A stretch of DNA of 55,869 bases, filler included, from Platydemus manokwari (Eukaryota): NCBI GenBank assembly GCA_037951405.1. It is 5 parts of 5 records of this genome, joined end to end, with 100 filler letters (N's around TTAATTAATTAA, not from the genome) between each part and the next. Parts side by side here need not be neighbours in the genome. Positions count along the whole stretch, not along the records: positions 45,093 to 55,869 come from JBBMOY011015525.1; 4 more parts are not named here. The stretch is one strand, 5' to 3'. Positions 51,623-55,869 of this stretch are shown here, in pieces; the first letter of the stretch is position 1; the number at the start of each line of letters is the position of its first letter. The notes beneath the pieces are model-generated. The model saw only the letters and a program-made list of their open reading frames with translations. It was not told the origin of the DNA and did not search any database. The position numbers and the translations under genes were made by a program.

Positions 51623-53640
51623 TAAGCCTTATTTGCACACACGTCATTGTTATTTTTCCATCAATCTCCGACAGGAGATTAGTTGAAAAACAGTAAATTA
51701 CAATCTACAAAGTCGTCAGAATTTGTAGATCTTTAAACTCAGTTATTATTGCTTTAGTTTGTATTCGGAGTAGGGAGCACCTTAGCCGTCCGTCGATTTT
51801 CATTTCTTGAGGGCATAAAGCTTACTTTTATATCAATGTACAGTGTATTAATTAATATGAATTTTAAATTTTTATACGTAACAATTGTCTTCAAGGCAGC
51901 AGAACTAAATGTACCATTTTAGGTAATGTTACGATGTATTTTTAGTAATATCGTTTGAATTCTGAATTATTATATTTTATATTTTGGTACATGTAAAATT
52001 GCATTATTTTTATGTTGAAATTAATTATTCATCATCAAAAAGCAGTTGATTAAAATCCAATATATTGATAATTATATTGACGTAATAATATTAACAATTT
52101 ATATTTAATTTTACAATTATTTGGTATTGGCACAAAAGGGAAATGAAATAATATTAAAATATTTCCAATAATAAAAATTCTATAGTTAAAGAAAAATACA
52201 TAATATTAAATGGGAAATCCATTGATAATAGAATTTTATATAACAAAATAAACCGTTTAAGCGTACAGAATAAATTTCATATAAATAGAGGTTCAAAATA
52301 TCAGAAGCTGTCTCTTATTTCGAAACCACTAGAGCGCTTAGTGTGTTTGTTCATAATTATTCGAAGTTATTGTAAGAAGATTGCTTGTCAACAGTATATG
52401 CCATTTGCCATTAAGAAGTAGTAATTTCGATTGTTATATAAAAAACTGATCAGTATTTATCGTACTTATCGTTTATTATTCAACTATAGAGCTGTGCTCA
52501 CAAAAAACTCTGCTGAAGGTATCATTGGTTTTAATCCAAGAGCATGAGGTATAAACCGCTTTTGTCTTGAATTTGTAAGTGAGCCTTTGAACCAACATTT
52601 TTATTAGCTGTATATTGTAGCATTAACTTGTAATTTGTTGTTTTATATTTAATAAAAGTTTAGCGTAGAAGGGGTTAAGTTATTGATCGAGAATTGTATA
52701 ATAAATAGTTATAAAATATTGAGACTGATAAGTTTAGGAAACCCTTTGGATCATTGTTGCGAATCAATTCTATCATCATATAGTTTTGATTGCGAGGTGA
52801 AAATAAGCATAACATCAAGGTATTATAGTCTGTACCTCGGGCTTGATTATAACTCATTTGTGACTGATCAAGACAACGGTGATCCACAATAATTTATAAG
52901 AATAAAATTGAGACTGATTAAAACAAAAAACTACAAGCCCGAAACACAACAAACAAAATAAATAATGACAATAATATTAATAATAATAAACGGCGGCAAC
53001 GATATTACTAATGATGATTAGACAATAATAATAATAATATAGTGAATAATAATGGTGACAATAATAATACTGTAACGATAATAATAATAATAACAGAAGT
53101 ACAATAGAAAAATAGTCAATTTTATCTCATCCGAAAGAACAAAAAAAACACAAAGAAAATAAAAAATAGTAACATTATATCTGATGTTAATGGATCAAGA
53201 TAAATAAAATATACAAAATAAATAAAATCTAACAATAGCAAAATAAATTTAGTAAAGGTCATTACGCCGTATAAGCTGAATAACATTAAAAAAATATTAA
53301 ACATGGTGCCAACATATGAACGACGCTAAGCAAAATCATATATAAAGAATGTGATCTGAAATACAAACTTACCACGATAAAATCACTACTGCAAAATCGA
53401 CATTACCAGATCAAAAGCTAGGACAAGAATCGTAATCGCCGTAAGAAGACTTGATCAAGAAAAATTATTTAATAAATCCGAAGTTATCGGGAGAATTTCA
53501 TTGCCAATCAAAACCGAAATCGAATTTTTGTTACAAATTCAATAGTAGCTTATATTTTTTTTGAATAATTAAGCATTGCCAAGATAACATATTTTTAATA
53601 TCATAATTAATAATATATATTTAAGACAATGATTAATTGG

Positions 53641-55869
53641 TTAGCCTTGGCCATGGAATACTGTCTTGATCCACATAGGGCTAACCGTACCACATAAGGT
53701 ATTGTATCGCCCGCTTCTGATTTGTTCATTCCATTGAATTTGATATGATTGAATGAAACACTGTCGAAAAAGTTTTGGATCTTGTTTAATATTCTTTGGT
53801 TCCACTATCGCTGCTTTTGTATAACTAAGACCATTGGAGCTGCTATTTTGATCGATTCCGAGCATGAGGGCATCATTGATTGTCTCAAAGCGAACAACTT
53901 TGTGGAGTTTATTTGGTGCATATTTGATAGCCTCACGTACTTTGCCCCCAAGTGTTACTTCTGCGAGTCCCAGAAATGCGTGAGTTCATCCAATTGAGCG
54001 CGTCGTTGATGTCATTCACTTCTATTTCGATTTTTGCTGATTGACATAGAGAGTGCAGTGCTGTCAGTCTGATAACATCATGCTTGCTCGTGAGGAGATA
54101 GTAGGCATTGATTATTGATTGAATTGTATAACCTTCTGTCATGTTTCGTAGACCACATCCCCCATTGGCTTCGGAGACATATAGGTAATTTTTACTGCAA
54201 TATTTTGGTACATACAGTATTGTCTTCAGGTATTTTCTCATCATAATGTCGAATAAGTTGAGTTTTCTATAGATGATATAATAATTTCTCATGAAGAAAG
54301 TGCATTTCGTATAGATAAATAGTTCAAATGCTCTGAGTTTTTACCATGGAAGTAGATTTGAATTTGTGAGCATTTCCATCGTAGTTTCAGTTCGTTGAAT
54401 AGATTTTCTGTGGAATTATGTAACTTCAGTGAAAAGTTCACACTCAAATATCGATAATGGTTTTCCATAGTGATTATTGGGACTGGTACATTGTTCACTT
54501 CTAAATTATCTACCATAGAGCCTTCTCTTTCATTGTGTAGGTATCCGCATTTTGATGGTTTGAACTTGAATCCGAGTGTGGTCGCAAGTTCGGAAGCCTT
54601 GTTGATCAATTATTGTACTCTATTGGCGTCCCTACCGATCAGCGCAAGGTCACCAGCATATACCAGGCGAGAGATTTTATTATTAGCCGATAATAATCCA
54701 CCCAATCAGTTTTTATCCATCTTCGCAAAAATTGGGTTCATTGAAATGTTGAATAACAACATTGATATTGGGCAACCTTGGCGAACCCTACGTTTCATTT
54801 CGATCGGACTCATAATCTCCATACTTGAAAGTAGTCCAGCAGTTGTGGTATAGGCATTTGACCAATTTTATAGCATTTTCATCCAGACCCATATATTCCA
54901 AAATCTGTGAGGTTTATCGAAGGAAAAGCCTCCTCAATCTCCATAAATGAGATGTGAATGTCATCTCTTCCTTTCCTTGAATAGTTTTGTAACAGTGGTC
55001 GAAGAATAAAGTTGTGCTCTGCAAACCCATCAGTTGGCCCCAGACTCTTTTGCAATGGATGAATTAGGTTATTCTTCTCGATCCAACTCCGAAGTTGTTG
55101 GCATAGGATTGTTGTTAGTATTTTTTAATAACAATCGAGGAGTACGATCGGTCTCCATGATCCGACTCTGTCATATTCACCGTCCTTCATTGATTTGGGA
55201 ATCATGATCGTAGAATATGTTTTCCATTCTTCAGGAATTTCATTTAGCTCCATGCACTTGTCAAATAGTAATTTCAATAATTCACAGTTTGGGTCGGTAT
55301 AAGACTTGTATCCGAAATTGTTCCTTCCCGAAGCTGTTGGATTCTTTTGACGTAAAGTTTTATATATTGTTTCAATTTCGATAGTTCGAAATGAGAAATT
55401 AGGGCTTCTCTCATCATACCTTTTTAGTTCACAGAATTCATTGCATTGCGTCACACATGTAATTTCATTGGATCGACTTGTTTGTTTTTGTGATGTATTT
55501 CGAAGTCTTACTTTTTTGGCCAAGTATTTGCATGAGTAGATTTTGAAATTATTCCAAAAGCAGCTGATGGGGCGATATTGAACAGATTTCGAAGTTTCAT
55601 GTCTCTTTTCCCCCTTTCCATTTCATTTGTTGCATTACCGAGGAATGGATGCCCTGGTGGTCTAATCACTGTCATAGTTTGGATAAATTCACAGATGATT
55701 TTGTATGTCTCGTTTAATGAATTTTTTTCCAAGTTATTTGCCAGACTGTGAGCTAGACTTTGCCTGATCTGAATTGTATCTTTTGGAGAATCTTTAGGAA
55801 TGGCTAGGAGTTGTTCACCCCTCATTGTTCGTTTTTGATGATCGATAATCGCTTGGTTGGCTTTCACCT
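53641..55869 (-). mobile_element. Decayed non-LTR retrotransposon (NeSL/R2-type RT), continuing beyond the window end
   Basis: Ordered RT motifs across frameshifted ORFs: IPEEWKTYSTIMIPK, SWRPIVLLDCY, QKSLGPTDGFAEHNFIL, EEAFPSI, VRQGCPISMLLFN, VYAGDLAL, LGFKFKPSKC, YRYLSV, YLYVSEANGGCGL, HGQG. Confidence 0.9.

Noticed and set aside
1-55869. tRNA, rRNA, snRNA or spliced-leader RNA genes
   Set aside because: None recognisable by eye; an Infernal or tRNAscan run would be needed to exclude them.

Overview
Very AT-rich eukaryotic genomic DNA with spliceosomal GT-AG introns, microsatellites and many decayed transposons. It is made of five contigs joined by artificial 100-nt linkers (N44-TTAATTAATTAA-N44), so adjacency across gaps is unverified. 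The intronless orphan rhodopsin GPCR array, Merlin and NeSL/R2-type elements, tiny introns and extreme AT content suggest a free-living flatworm such as a planarian (inference only). Supported genes: (1) the 3' six exons of ARID2 (RFX winged helix, two C2H2 fingers, conserved C-terminus; minus, 2639-8658); (2) an intronless class-A GPCR (27898-28950) with two tandem decayed copies; (3) two intronless clan-2 cytochrome P450 paralogues (29589-30932, 5'-truncated by a gap; 38938-40461); (4) the 5' half of GCN2/EIF2AK4 (RWD, pseudokinase, kinase N-lobe; minus, 45093-49388). Mobile DNA: a Merlin transposon with TIRs, a perfect 8-bp TSD and a transposase relic (18121-19300) plus related MITEs, a hAT-type MITE, a TGT..ACA long-TIR element, a Gypsy gag remnant, and two divergent non-LTR retrotransposons of the restriction-like-endonuclease (NeSL/R2) type. 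I found no CRISPR, rRNA, tRNA or prokaryotic system, and I cannot demonstrate a new biological system. The best leads are: both retroelements read YAGD instead of the catalytic YADD; a possible head-to-head GPCR/P450 arrangement; and a sharply bounded ATCGAT-rich, higher-GC domain inside GCN2.
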